Shown piece after piece: positions 40,201-54,325 of a stretch of DNA of 64,000 bases. The position numbers and the translations under genes were made by a program. The stretch spans positions 91,698,001-91,762,000 of the forward strand of contig OX597814.1 in NCBI GenBank assembly GCA_951406725.2, given 5' to 3'. Positions within the stretch are counted from its first letter, which is position 1. The number at the start of each line of letters is the position of its first letter. The notes beneath the pieces are model-generated. The model was not told where the DNA came from and made no database searches. It was given only the letters and a program-made list of their open reading frames with translations. This stretch comes from Octopus vulgaris (taxonomy: Eukaryota).

Positions 40201-43200
40201 TTTTCAACTAATATTCAATTTATCGTTTCTTGTTGCCTTTGCTTTGTTTGGTTGGATTTTGTCAGTATATTGCTATTATTAGTTGATCCGTTGAATATGA
40301 ATGAATACGTTGAATGTCGTATCTTAAAATAATGGACTCTTACAAGGATTAGTCACTTACAAAATGATATTAAACATCTCGTCAAATGTAAGAAAAGTTG
40401 ATATCCTCCGTCCGATGGGACATACTTATATTTTCCAGGCAGGTAGTATTTCCTTTATATAAAGAGTGAAATTTATTAAGTGAGAGAAAATAGGGTTTAA
40501 ATGAATCTAAGCGAAAACCTCAGGCAGCTATCTATGCAAAATCTGGCTAGCAAAATATCAAGGGAGCACAGTCAGAATTCATATTCATGTAATCCACAGG
40601 GTGTTTCATACAATCTGTAATCCCGAAGAAATTTCGGAATTTCGAATTGATCAGTTGGTACTTCTACTGCAGAAAATAATAATAAAAAGATGAAGGAACG
40701 AAGATGATACTATACAATTGTATAAAAGCTTTATTAGAGTTTGAACAGCTAGAGGAAACATATTCCTCCTGAATTTATACACTGGTTTATACATATAGAA
40801 ATTACGAAAATTCATATAATATGCCCTTCTTGCTATTAGAGTATAGTATAAGAATTAAATTTCCATCAAATATCTTGATAGATTTTACTTTTTAGAATAT
40901 TATAAATTAGAGTTATAAATTAAAAAGTAAATGTTCCCCTAGTTAGGAGAGATTTCAATAAATGAATATTGAAGATAAGTGTCACATCAGATCACTTACT
41001 CGGATTTATCACAGACTCACTAGTATGTCTTTCTCTGATAGGTCGTCGAAATTGTCAAATTTATTATATGCATCTAATCTATAGTGAAGGAGACAAAACA
41101 TTTTACACGAAAAAACGGAATTTCAAATAGATAACTGTTCCGTACAACCGCAAAATAAAGTAATATTTTCTATATACTCTATGTGGAATATATTAAAATT
41201 TATTCGAAGTACTGGTTTAGTTTCCAATGTTTAATGTCTATGAACTTTGCCTATATTACAAATAATAGTATACCTAAGGTTACTTGAAATGACCTAGCCA
41301 GTGAAGAAAATGAGTAGATCACAATCCACTTTAACCATTGCAAAAATATAACCAACTGAACGATAAGTTATGCTCAGTATATTAGATTACAATAAGCAAC
41401 GACATTCCTTTGTTATGGAATATCAGTAAAAAAGAAAAAAAGCTGCATGAAATGTATCTTTTAAACTATGAACTCCTGTCCTTTATAAACCGTCGTAATT
41501 TTTAACTTCGTGGAAGGTTGTATTTCACATATTATTCTTCAAGAATAAACGTTAGCTTTATCTGGCATACTTGCTTTAGTAACTCTTAATTTCGTAGTCC
41601 TTATACTTCTTTTCATTAAAAGATATTGAAACACAAGAGTACTTCAATCTTAATTGCTGCTACTAGAATTGCATGTTTGACCCTGGCGGGAAATATGTTA
41701 TCAGAATAGAAAGTATTTCTTTTCTGACAAATTCGAAGATCCTGTTTATTTAGTTCATAAATTATACATCTTTTAGTTTTTTTCTTTTTTATACAAAACA
41801 AAATATTTTCTAATCAAATAGCACTTTTTCAGACTTCTTGGAAATTATCAGCGCGGTATAGCTCTAGATTCTAGTTAATTATATTAAATTCAGCCTCCTA
41901 CGATTAAGAGGAAATGTAGAAGAGGAAATATAGAAGACAGATGATAGTTCATAATTTAAAAGACATATTTTTACTGCATTTCTTCTTCTTTTTCATTCTA
42001 ATTTGCTAGTTGTTTAGCTGCAGGGAAAGGAAGATAGAGAGAATCTTTTAACGTAAAAATTAAATATTACAAAGTTAGCTGTGCCTTATAAGAAAATACA
42101 TTGGTGTAGCTACATTTAATGTAACTGCCACGCACTACTCTGCAAGTCCGGTTTCGTGCATTGTAGATGCAGGTATGGATTACTAGCAGTGATTTCTTGT
42201 TATAATATCCTTCGTGATGAGTTAGAACTTTTATTCCTTCTCATATCGTCTTAGCATTTGCTGTAGGTTATCGTGAATAAACTTAGAAAGGCCACAGAGT
42301 CGAAACACAATTTTTGTTCCCTGATGAGACATATATCATCGAAAGGGAGAAAATTTCTTCTCTGAAAAAGTTGAAGATTGTATATATTTAGTTCTTAACT
42401 TAGATAATTCTTAATCCCTTTTTTTTTGCGTGGTTTTGGTAAACACGAATAGCACTATTTCAATCCCCTTAGAATTATTTATCGTCTAATCTAATTTTCA
42501 TCTTATTAAACAAAGTTGATATTTTATGAATATGTTTTCATTTATATGATTTGCCAGCTATACAATTTTGTTCTTTCTCTAAATAAAGCATATATTAGAT
42601 ATTGTGTTAATATAAAACATATTTATTTCTCAAATAATACTCTACGATCTTATTGACATGAATTCTGTATATTTCGGAATCTACTTTTAAGGGTGACACT
42701 ATACATTTATACACTAGATTTATGTATACGGATGTGTTAATATTAAAAATGACACACATCAAAGTCGTTTATGACATTTACTAACTTACACCGTTTGTGT
42801 CATTATAAATGTTTGTTTGGCATTGAATATGAAATTGTTTCATACTTATTCTGTTACATCTGTCTTGCTTCATGTTGTATAAAGGCATAATTGCAGCGTA
42901 TTAATGTTGAATTCTCTATCTGATATTTTACTTACAATTATAGTTCTTCATCTACATAAAATATACCATCTTATTTCTTCATATTTCTCTTCTTAATCTA
43001 TTCATGCTAAAGCCATCAGCATCAAGTTTATTTGTTTTCTAACGATATTCCTGTCATATCAATGATGTTTAAGAAACCTAATGATTATCCTCATATAATA
43101 GCGTCAATATGGATGTTACAAGAATACAACGACTACAAATGCTGCATTTTAACGCATTCCAAGTTTGATGTAAAATAGTCTCATATCGAAAAACTTCTGA

Positions 43201-44048
43201 TACCCAGGTTAGTGGAATATGGTTAAAATAAAGTGCAAATACAAAATTTGAATGAACAAAATAGAAAAATATTGACAGAACCAAATTAATCGATGAAAAT
43301 TTAGAAAATGAAGCAAGGGAATTTTTTAACTGCAAATATATCTGGAAAACCAGAAGAGGGAAAATTAAATGCTATGCTTAATAGAATTATCAATTAAGCT
43401 GATATTCATTTGACTCACGGTAGAACATCAAAAATAAAATTGAAAACCGAAATAAAATAATCAAAAATTCCAATCAATAAAGTAATTTTATCTTTGATAG
43501 AGTATTTTAATGGCAGGATGAACTAAAAGTCAGAGGTCCTATTCGGAGAACTGCTAGGAGAACTGCTAATAAGAAGGTCACAATAATGTCACATTGGGGT
43601 GGAGGAGCGAAAAAAAGCGAAATAACGAAATCCATTCGGAAATAAAATAATCAATAATACTGGAATAATAGTTAGAACTTTTTTAACCTTTGAGCTACTT
43701 TGAAATAAAAGGATTGTAATTAACAAACGAAAAAATATGAACAGTATCAGAAAACGGAAAAGTACGTTCACGAATATATTCGCTAAGTAAATGATGATGC
43801 ACACAAACTCTTTAATTTGTTGCCATAAATACGTAATTAATAAGAAAAAGTAGATAAGAGGAATTGTGCCTAGCCTATATTCGTTTCGGAGCAGTATTAT
43901 TCAGGATAACTTTTAAATAATATTCTTTATTGAGCTTTATACAAAGATTCATTCAGCTATCGAAAACATTTGTGTTTACCTCCATATTCCAATTTACTAC
44001 AGGAAATCAAGAGATTATTTTGAATACCGGCATTTATACTACTACCAT

Positions 44049-44101
<53 letters not shown>

Positions 44102-44480
44102 TATATATATATATATGTAATAAGTTCATTTTGCGCTCGGATATCAGTTCAGTTGTTCGGCATACAATTCCGAAACACTGACGTACAAATACAAATACAC
44201 AGATACATATGCAGGAACACGCTGGAACACACATACACATGTGTGCGTGTATGTAGGTGTATAGATATATACACACATTCACACATATACTTAAACGTAT
44301 ATGTACATATGTGTGTGTGTGTGTATTGGTCTGTATAAATGCATACGTATTAAAACGCTTATACTTGTGAATGGGCGCGTACATATATTATTTCTGATTC
44401 TTCTACTTGTTGAAAGAAGATTTAATAACTTGCAAAGCATCTCAGAATTCTATCCTACTCTTTACCTATTAAATTTGTTC

Positions 44481-44506
44481 GCTACTACTACTACTACTAC
44501 TACTAT

Positions 44507-44538
<32 letters not shown>

Positions 44539-44637
44539 TCACTACTACTACTACTACTACCACCACCAACACCACCACCACCACTACTACTACTACCACC
44601 ACCAACACCACCACCACCACTACTACTACTACTGCTG

Positions 44638-44670
<33 letters not shown>
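44481..44670. repeat. Compound (CTA)n/(CCA)n microsatellite
   Basis: Seen directly. Confidence 0.9.
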
Positions 44671-45676
44671 TAGCTGCTGCTGCTAATACTTCTCCTACAA
44701 TGATCTCTATTGATGTTCCTAATTTTACTATAATTACTTAAACTGCTACTTCTACCACGGCTCACACTACGACTAATTTATATGCAATAGAATACTGTTT
44801 GTTTAATTAATTAGTGGTATTTTACCATGTGGTATACGGCAGTATCCCTTACTCGGCTTTGAAAGAGTCTGATTTACAGGGATTTCAGCTTGCTTTCTGA
44901 GTGTCTACGTCATGAATTTATTACCTCTGCTTACTGAGACTACATGTTAAAGGATGATTTACATTTTATAGCATTCAGAGTTTAGCTTTCTGTAAATGTT
45001 CTTGACTTTCGTCTACATTCAATTTCTTCATGTTTATGTCAGTGTTTTCTTTTTCTTCTTTCTATTACATCTTCGTGTTCCTCTCTGATTCATGCTCTAT
45101 ATATGTGCATCATTTCTCGGGTAGCTTGCAACTGTGTCCCTTGTGAATCCAGAGTTAGGCTAAATTAACCCTTATAAACGACAGATAATTACACTTCTGC
45201 GTATGCAATGGTCACTATGAAGAAAATTAATTCAATAAAAATATAGTTTTCAATATCAACATATCACCGACTGCAAGATACACGAATGAAAGAAAATATT
45301 AAGTAAAAATTTTAATGCAGTATAAGATTAATAGATAAACAGAAACAGATGCAAGAAATAAATTGATGTGTATCTATAATCTAACGAAATTTATAATAAT
45401 GTTGTTGTCACCTGGAAATAAATACGCATGCACGAAAGTAAGGCAGATACTCAGAAAAAGAAAGATTATACTTGCTGCGAAAATTAGAAATTTATGATAT
45501 ATGTACTGTGGAACAAAAAAAATAACAGAATAAAACCAAATCAATAGAAATAGTTTAAAAGATCAAAACTAAACATTTTTCCTCTTGTAAAACTAACACA
45601 TGAAGCAGAATGTGAAGTGACATCTGCAGCGAAGATGGAAAAAAAAAACCTCAGACAATATAGTTAAGACTAGAAA

Positions 45677-46075
45677 GGCGGCGAGCTGCCAGAAACGTTA
45701 GCACGCCGGGCGAAATGCGTAGCCGTATTTCGTCTGCCGTTACGTTCTGATTTCAAATTCCGCCGAGGTCGACTTTGCCTTTTATCCTTTCGGGATCGAT
45801 AAATTAAGTACCAGTTACGCACTGGGGTCAATGTAATCAACTTAATCCGTTTGTCTGTCCTTGTTTGTCCCCTCTGTGTTTAGTCCCTTGTGGATAGTAA
45901 AGAAATAGATATTTGTCTGCCCCTAAGTTCTGAGTTCAGATTCCGCCGAGGTCGACTTTGCCTTTCATCCTTTCGGGGTCGATTAAATAAGTACCAGTTA
46001 CGCACTGGGGTCGATCTGATCGACTGCCCCCCCCCCCGCTCAGAAATTTTGGGCCTTGTGCCTAGAGTAGAAAAA
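45677..46075 (+). mobile_element. SINE with internally duplicated core
   Basis: Head ggcggcgagctgccagaaacgttagc. The core ttccgccgaggtcgactttgcc...taccagttacgcactggggtc occurs twice. Confidence 0.82.
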
Positions 46076-46526
46076 AAATATAGTTATGACAGAAGGAGAA
46101 GGATTACGAATTTTCTTATTACGACATTAGAATGTTAAGTATCTAAGTTCAATACTTGACTAGACAAGACAATCTGGACTTTCACAAAGAGAGAAATCAG
46201 ACTCTATGGCTTAAAAGAGCAAAACTAAATGTCGATAGGATTTATTCTTCTACAAGGTGTATTACTCGAAATAAGTATAGTTAGAATAAATATAGTTATG
46301 GAGAATGCGAAGCAACAATGAATAAGATTGATTCTGACTGGTAAAATAATAGTTGCAAGGGGGATTACGCGTACAGATGTTTTAGATCAGATGTTGGTGA
46401 AAATTTTCACCTATTGATAGTTAACTACATTTATCGTGTGGATTGTAGGAATGTGTCATTACATAGAATGTTCTGGTAAATAAGATGCTAGTGCGGAAAG
46501 CAAAAATCATTGAATGGTTGAAAGGA

Positions 46527-46591
<65 letters not shown>

Positions 46592-46659
46592 CAGAGAGAG
46601 AGAGAGAGAGAGATGGTGAGATTTATATATTAATATATTAGCAATATATTATTAGTTGT

Positions 46660-47400
46660 TTACCAGGATGGGAATGAAGATAGCATCTGCATTGTCCTGA
46701 TCTCCCTCAAAACCTCCAGAAACTACTCGTTGATCAAATGGCTAGAGGGGATCCAATGACTGTTGACGAGACCCTTGCGGTCGATAAATGGATCCTCATG
46801 CGCTTCCCAGTGAACTTACATCTTTGGCGTTCTAGAGTCTGGAGAATCTAAGACGCTTCTGTTGGGCACTCTCTCTTTTGTTCCGTGGATCATCTGTAGA
46901 TATAGATTTCGTCACAGACTCAAGTACACTTAGGTTAAGAGTAACGAATTTAACCATCTCCTTGCTATTACCGACACATCCTTCCTTCCTTCGTCACTGA
47001 GCACCCTGGTGACAAACTGTGCACAAATTATGCGCATGGCCAGGCCTTTAGGAATAAGTCTGTGTCCAGTGGCCACAACAACTCGCAACTGTATTCTTAT
47101 TGTTTTTATAGAGATGCGAAGGTTTTTATCCATACCAAATAGCAAATTTTCCCGGTCATCTCTGACGTTCTAATTACGCTCTACCTCTCATTGACACTCA
47201 CCTCCTCTCTATCTCCCATAAACTTTATTTCAGCGAAAAACATCCTCGACACATAAAAAGTAACCCATCAGTAATCCGCAGCATTTCATATGTCTCTGTC
47301 GCGTTCTTGCGCAATTTAACACAACACTTTATAATTTAGCGAGCATACAAATGTTTTGATGTCCCGACTACATCCTGTATACCAGTAGTCTTGACAGGCG
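46660..47400 (-). mobile_element. Degraded mariner transposase fragment
   Basis: NLRISIKTI...VATGH..I...LAMRIICAQFVTRVLSDEGRK (like MRKICAKFVPRVL) followed by decayed CDE..IY..DP..KR. Confidence 0.65.
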
Positions 47401-47601
47401 ATGTTTAGTAGAGTGTATTCAACAAGCAGTTACAAAGATCCCTTTTAATCTAGAATAAAAACGATGGCAGGTTTACTTAAAGGATGTATAGTAATAATAT
47501 ACAAAAATTAAAATAGCAAAACCTCTCAAATTTCAAAGAATGCATCTCTTATACATGTCAATTAGCTGTGAGTGTGCTCGCAGGTGCTTGTGTGTGTGTG
47601 C

Positions 47602-47636
<35 letters not shown>

Positions 47637-47654
47637 TATAAATAGGTATATATA

Positions 47655-47751
<97 letters not shown>

Positions 47752-47759
47752 GATTTGAT

Positions 47760-48496
47760 TTGATCTAGCCTCAGCTCATGACCTCTGGCACTGCTGGGGC
47801 ACCGCCATTTACTGTTGCTACATAATTTTACTTCATTAATTCTTTAAAAGATTTGGTCCATGCAGGAGTTTGATGCCGCTGCTCTCATCTGTATCTCCTG
47901 CTGTGAAGTTGGTTTATCTGGGACACTTGACAGTAAGAGATCCAGTTTCAATTTGAAGACACCCACATTCACCCTATACAGACCTCTTATGTCCTTCGGG
48001 ATGTTATTGAAGAGCTGTGGTCCCCTAATAACCAAGATGCAGTATCTTGTCGAATATCTTGATGGCAAATTTGGAGTCCTTGGCACTATGCAGTGGCGCC
48101 CTGTTCTAGTATTTGTGTAACTCTCGATGCCAAAGTTTGGGGCATGTCCTTCCAGTATCTTCCAGATATATATTATAGCAATTCGTGAGTCTTTCCCAGT
48201 AGCTTATGTGCTGCACAGTAGCTATCTTCTTCGTGTAGATTCGTTGGATTGCCTCAAGTTCTGCAATTAATTTGACAATGGCTGGTGACGATAGCTGAGA
48301 GTGATAGTCAAAGTGGCTTAGGATAAGTGTCATCCACAGGAACATCATGGTTTCCCGATCCCTTGTTCTAAAAGTTCTAAGAATCCACCCGGTGACCGCT
48401 TGCATTTCATTGCCACCTTAGCAATATGCACATGGAAGGATGCATCATTACTCATGTAAATGCCCAGGTCTCGCCGTGTCTCTGGGATTGCAATCC
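47760..48496 (-). mobile_element. CR1/L2-like LINE 3' fragment (RT C-terminus and 3' UTR)
   Basis: GWILRTFRTRD...LILSHFDY...LEAIQRIYTKKI...SYWERL and GPQLFNNIPKDIR...FKLKLDLLLSSVPDKP. Confidence 0.85.
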
Positions 48497-49160
48497 CTCC
48501 TAAATAAGGATGCCAAGTGCTAGGGACACAAAAAAGGGATAAATTTATCGGGAGTGAAAATCAAAAACATTTACCAATAACGATACATCCCGGACTGATA
48601 TCAGTTTCTACCTCTTTCTAGCAAAACAGACAGAATATGTTTGCTAAGGCCGGTTTCATCAGCGAGAATCCTGAGTTAAATCGAGATGCGCAGAGTGTTA
48701 GACCATGTGTTGATCTAAACAACTTGCAGATCTTAACTTTTCAAATCTCTGCACAGACTCAAAATCTACCCGGCGATATAGGGCATGCCGGGAAAAAATT
48801 TTACGAATAAATCTATCAAGTAATATGTGAATATAATCAAAAGGGTAATAATATAGATTACTACCAGTGGCCCAGCACAAAGGACGAATTAGTCATTAGA
48901 CAAAATATTATTCATATAGAAAGATATATGCAAGTTGTTTAGATCAACACATGGTCTAACACGCTGCGCATCTCGATTTAACTCAGGATTCTCGCTGATG
49001 AAACCGGCCTTACCAAACATATTCTGTCTGTTTTGCTAGAAAGAGGTAGAAACTGATATCAGTCCGGGATGTATCGTTATTGGTAAATGTTTTTGATTTT
49101 CACTCTCGATAAATTTATCCCTTTTTTGTGTCCCTAGCACTTGGCATCTTTATTTAGGAG
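48497..49160. mobile_element. Fold-back element with arms of about 232 bp, a 200-bp spacer and a hammerhead ribozyme motif in each arm
   Basis: 48497-48728 is the reverse complement of 48929-49160, with only a few mismatches. Confidence 0.92.
48990..49069 (+). ncRNA. Type I hammerhead ribozyme motif; mirror copy on the minus strand at 48588-48667
   Basis: TCTCG-CTGATGA-aACC[hairpin]GGTa-GAAA-CTGATATCAG-TC-CGGGA: intact core, palindromic helix III, GUC cleavage triplet, 5-bp stem I with one G-U pair. Confidence 0.78.
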
Positions 49161-49174
49161 CCCTTAATTATATT

Positions 49175-49211
<37 letters not shown>

Positions 49212-49520
49212 TACGTTTGTATGGTATTTATTCCCATGCTGCCCACTTGATAATATCGATATTTAAACATCGATATTATCCTTATATATAAATATATATA
49301 TATATATATACATAGATAGATAGATATGTATGTGTATATATGTATATAAGTATATGCATTTATAATTATATATATATATATATATATATTTAAATATAAA
49401 TGTATGTATATAAATGTATATATATATATATACATATGTATAAATATAAATATATGTATATATATATATGTATATATGTATATTTATACATACATATATA
49501 AAAGAATAAAAGAATATATT

Positions 49521-49574
<54 letters not shown>

Positions 49575-50190
49575 TGTATGTATATAAGAAATTAAAGCAG
49601 GATAATTCAGACAATTTACAGAGTTTTAATATAATTCTTAATATATCGTATGGTTTTGCTTTCGCTGTTCATGACATTAAGATTTAATTATTTAAATATA
49701 TATCTTCTCAAGAAGAAATTCTTTGGTCGATGTTGTGTGTGATATTTTGGAGTGATTTATCTGTATTGCGGGAACCGGATCTATAATTGAAAGAAATTAG
49801 CTCAAATTTAGTTACTCTAACTAAGAAAATCGATGTATTAAATTATCGTACCAGAGAAGAAACGGAAATTGAACACAGCAGACAGTCTAGAAAAATAGGC
49901 TAGTGAAAATGTTAGAGAAACGTGCAGGTAACATCAGAAAAGGTTAATTAAAATGTTAGAGAAATGTCAAGGTAACATCAAACCAAAGTTCACAGTATTC
50001 CCCTTATACTAGTGCAAAGATGCAATTTATCTACAAGAAAGTCGAAGTAAAAAAAACTTTTTTCATAAAAGAAATATAGAACGCATCTAAATATACACGC
50101 ATAACAATCTTTGATTTATTTACATATCTGAAGTTACGATTCATTACTGTACATACATCTACCCACTAAACTAGTTTTTGTGAATGCATG

Positions 50191-50251
<61 letters not shown>

Positions 50252-50689
50252 TCTGCATATATACATTTAAATATATATATATGTCAATGTCTCCGTGTTC
50301 GTTTGTTACTTATATTCTCAGAAAATACTGGACCCATTTCAATGAAATCTGGAACACAATATCCAAGCGTAGGGAGAAGGGTAATGCTGTATGTGTCATA
50401 CAATTTTTAGGAGGATTGAAGTGGGGGCAGAATACCCCGTAAAAATTCATATGCTTCGGATTCTGAGGAAATTTGAACCATAGGTATTAGAGAAAAACTT
50501 TTTAAATATACCTACAATTTTCATTCCTTTTCATGATTCTAAGACCCCCTAATTCGAAATTAACCCCCTAATTTTAGTAATTAAATATGGACCAAAATTA
50601 CTGAATACATCTATATGATATTTGGAACTTAGATTCAAAGCATAAGGGCGGGTATAATGCAGTATGTTTGGTTTGAATTTGAGTAGGCT

Positions 50690-51040
50690 TATATGTGGCT
50701 TCGTGTTGGTGTCACGTAAAAGCACCCAGTCTATGCTGTAAAGTGTAGGCATTAGGAAGGGTATCCGACCGTTGAAACTATGCTATCGTTCGGTGCCACG
50801 TAAACTCACTCAACACATACTGTAAAATATTGGCAATAGGAAGGATTTCTAACCGTTAAAAATATGCTTCCGTGCAATGCCACGTAGAACACTCAGTCCA
50901 CGCTGCAAAATGGTGGTGTTAGGAAGAGCAACCGACTACAAAAACATGACAAACCAGACGTAGCCCCTGGCTTCTTGGTCCCTGTCAAACTGTCCAACCC
51001 ATGCCAGCGTGGAAAACAAACGTTAAATGATGATGATATC
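50690..51040 (+). repeat. Degenerate tandem of about 85-bp units (x3) within a SINE/LINE-tail-like repeat
   Basis: gtgccacgtaaa.gcac.cagt....ctgtaaa..gg..ttaggaagg unit repeated, ending in gttaaatgatgatg. Confidence 0.6.
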
Positions 51041-51109
51041 CATATACATACATACACATATCATGTATATATGTATATGTGTATGTATATGTATATATGA
51101 TTGTATGTA

Positions 51110-51266
51110 TGTGCCTGTGTGGTAGGTAGCTTGTTTACCAACCACATGGTTCCGGGTTCAGTCCCACTGCGTGGCACCTTGGGCGAGTATCTTGGACTAT
51201 AGCCTCGGGCCGAGCAAAGCCTTGTGAATGGATTTGGTAGACGGAAACTGAAAGAAGCCCGTCGTA

Positions 51267-51299
<33 letters not shown>

Positions 51300-51538
51300 C
51301 TATGTATATATATATATATATATATATGCGTGTATGTTTGTGTGTCTGTGTTTGTCCCCCTAGCATTGCTTGACAACTGATGGTGGTCTGTTTATGTCTC
51401 CGTCACTTATCGGTTCGGCAAAAGAGACCGATAAAATAAGTACTGGGCTTAGAAATAATAAGTCCCGGGGTCGAGTTGCTCGATTAAAGGCGGTGCTCCA
51501 GCATGGCCGCAGTCAAATGACTGAAACAAGTAAAAGAG
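51110..51538 (+). mobile_element. tRNA-derived SINE
   Basis: tgtgtggtaggtagc...ccgggttcagtcccactgcgtggcacc head, tail aagtaaaagag. Confidence 0.82.
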
Positions 51539-51542
51539 TATA

Positions 51543-51608
<66 letters not shown>

Positions 51609-52898
51609 CATACATATATATATATATATATGTACACGTATGTATATATATATATGTAAGTATATATGCATGTACCTATGTATCTATGTATGTATGCATA
51701 TATGTGTGTGATACGACTCAGATGGTGTAGATTACGATTATATCGGAATTTGTTGTGTAAACCATTTTTATCTCTCTGTTAAATAAACTCAAATGTAGCC
51801 GGTCCTTAACGTGGTCGTTTAGTATGCTAGAAATAGTAGTTAAAAGGCATAAAAAAATAACAGTCACAATTCTGATCTCCTAATACGCCGCAAAAAGGAA
51901 AAATTCCTTTGCAGTCAGTATACTAGGAGCCGAGAGTTGTCGGTCGCACACGAAAAATAAAAAAAAGGAAGCGGCAAAAATATAACTCCGAGGTGAGAGA
52001 TGGATACCGAGGGCTCACGTCACTCCGATTTATGTGGAAAAAAAAGGCTTTGAGGTATATTAAGAGATGAGATTAGTTGATAGCACAATAAAAACGAAAA
52101 ACGAAGAAAAACTATTTCTCAGCTAAATGTTAAACTATAAATTTATATTAATCTAAACTACGCCTTTTAAAAATATTCCGGAAAAAATCGGAAAGAAATT
52201 TAACATGATCCCAAAGAAACTTTTATTCGTTGTAGTGTATTACGCTAAAAGAGACATATATAAAATGCAAATTGATAATAATTATTAATTAGACTTTTTT
52301 GTTAGCTGGTTATATACTAACTGATTATTTTTTCCTAATAAGCCCTGATCTCTATGGCAAGAGCTTTGTTTCTTACCTATAGGTTTCTGTATTTAGCACC
52401 AGTGTGTGACACCAAATGTCTCCTATAACACATTTTATTTCCCCCAAAATAAACATATTATATAGAAACTAACACTCACAAAACATACGCACTCATATAT
52501 ACATACAACTCACCCACAGCTCTCACCAACACACAAATATATATATATATATATTGAAAGCAGAGACGAACTATTGCCATCTCTAGCAGACAAGTTGTCC
52601 AGTACCGAAGAGTGGCAGAATTAGCCGAAACCAGGACTGGTCAACCGGTGCCGTCACTAGAGAGTAATAGGTGTTCGCTCCCTTGCTCACAATTTATCGG
52701 ATACAGCTCTGTATCATTAACAAGTTAGAGGAGATGTCCTCTTGGGGTTAAAAATCACAGCAGAGTCCGTTCGAACGGACGGACAGCCATGCTCAAATGG
52801 CTACGAATATTATGTATGTATGTATGTATGTATGTATGTATGTATGTATGTATGTATGTATGCATGTATGTATGTATGTATGTATGTATGTATGTATG

Positions 52899-52971
<73 letters not shown>

Positions 52972-53509
52972 AGAGTTTACGAAAAAAAAAATAGACGAAG
53001 ACAGGTGTTGTACAAACAAACAGATCTATTAGTATAATACACACACACACGTATATATATTAATGTTTGTGTGTTCTTGTAAATGCACGTGTGTAAGCAC
53101 TGGCATTAGGGAAGTGTGTGAAATGAAGCGCTTACCCCTGAAGAGCATTAAAATATGTACAAACTGGAAGAAAACTGAAATAATTTGGGCGGCGGTTTTG
53201 TGTTGGCCCCACTGTAGGTCTTTACTGTGATATGTAAAATGATTTGCTTTCAAATGAGAGCTAAAAATCAAGCCTTCACAGTTTATTTTACGTCCCTCAG
53301 TGGCACAAACATACATAAAGAATGTTGATGGAATAATTTTTGATCATTCGACCATGAACATTTTTATGGGGTTTCATTTATTTCATGAATAACGATATTG
53401 CGTGAATAAAAATATTATGAAGGACCTATTTGAATTTCCAGCATGAACGTGAATATCATTAATGTATTTAACAACAAATGAACCACTAAACATAATAATG
53501 GTTTCTAAT

Positions 53510-53716
53510 TTGGGTACAAGGCCAGCAATTTTGAGGTAGAGTTTAACTCAATTATATCAACACCAGTGCTCATCGTGTTACTTATTCTATTCACTGTGAA
53601 AGGTGCTGAAGACAAACTTTGACCTCGGAGGATTTTGAACTCAGAGCGTGAAGGCGGACGAAGTTTTGATAAGCATTTTACTCGGCGTGTTAACGGTTCA
53701 GCCGGCTCGCTACCAT
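53510..53716 (-). mobile_element. Degraded SINE of the ggcggcgagctggcagaa family
   Basis: Reverse complement of the 45677-type head and core. Confidence 0.6.
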
Positions 53717-53851
53717 TCCAATAACGCATAATAATAAACTATAATACTGCTTCTTTGTGGACTACAAACTTTTTATAACTATAAATTTTATATTGCTGAA
53801 AATAGTAACTGAGTACGATGAACTTGGTAACTATACAGTAGATATATGCGA

Positions 53852-54325
<474 letters not shown>

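Noticed and set aside
42317-42350. CTGATGA...GAAA hammerhead-like string
   Set aside because: No helix III or UH site and a weak stem II, so it is compatible with chance.
43078-43335. Hydrophobic minus-strand ORF as possible GPCR signal or TM exon
   Set aside because: Non-ATG start, no family motif, no suitable donor, and composition explained by T-richness.
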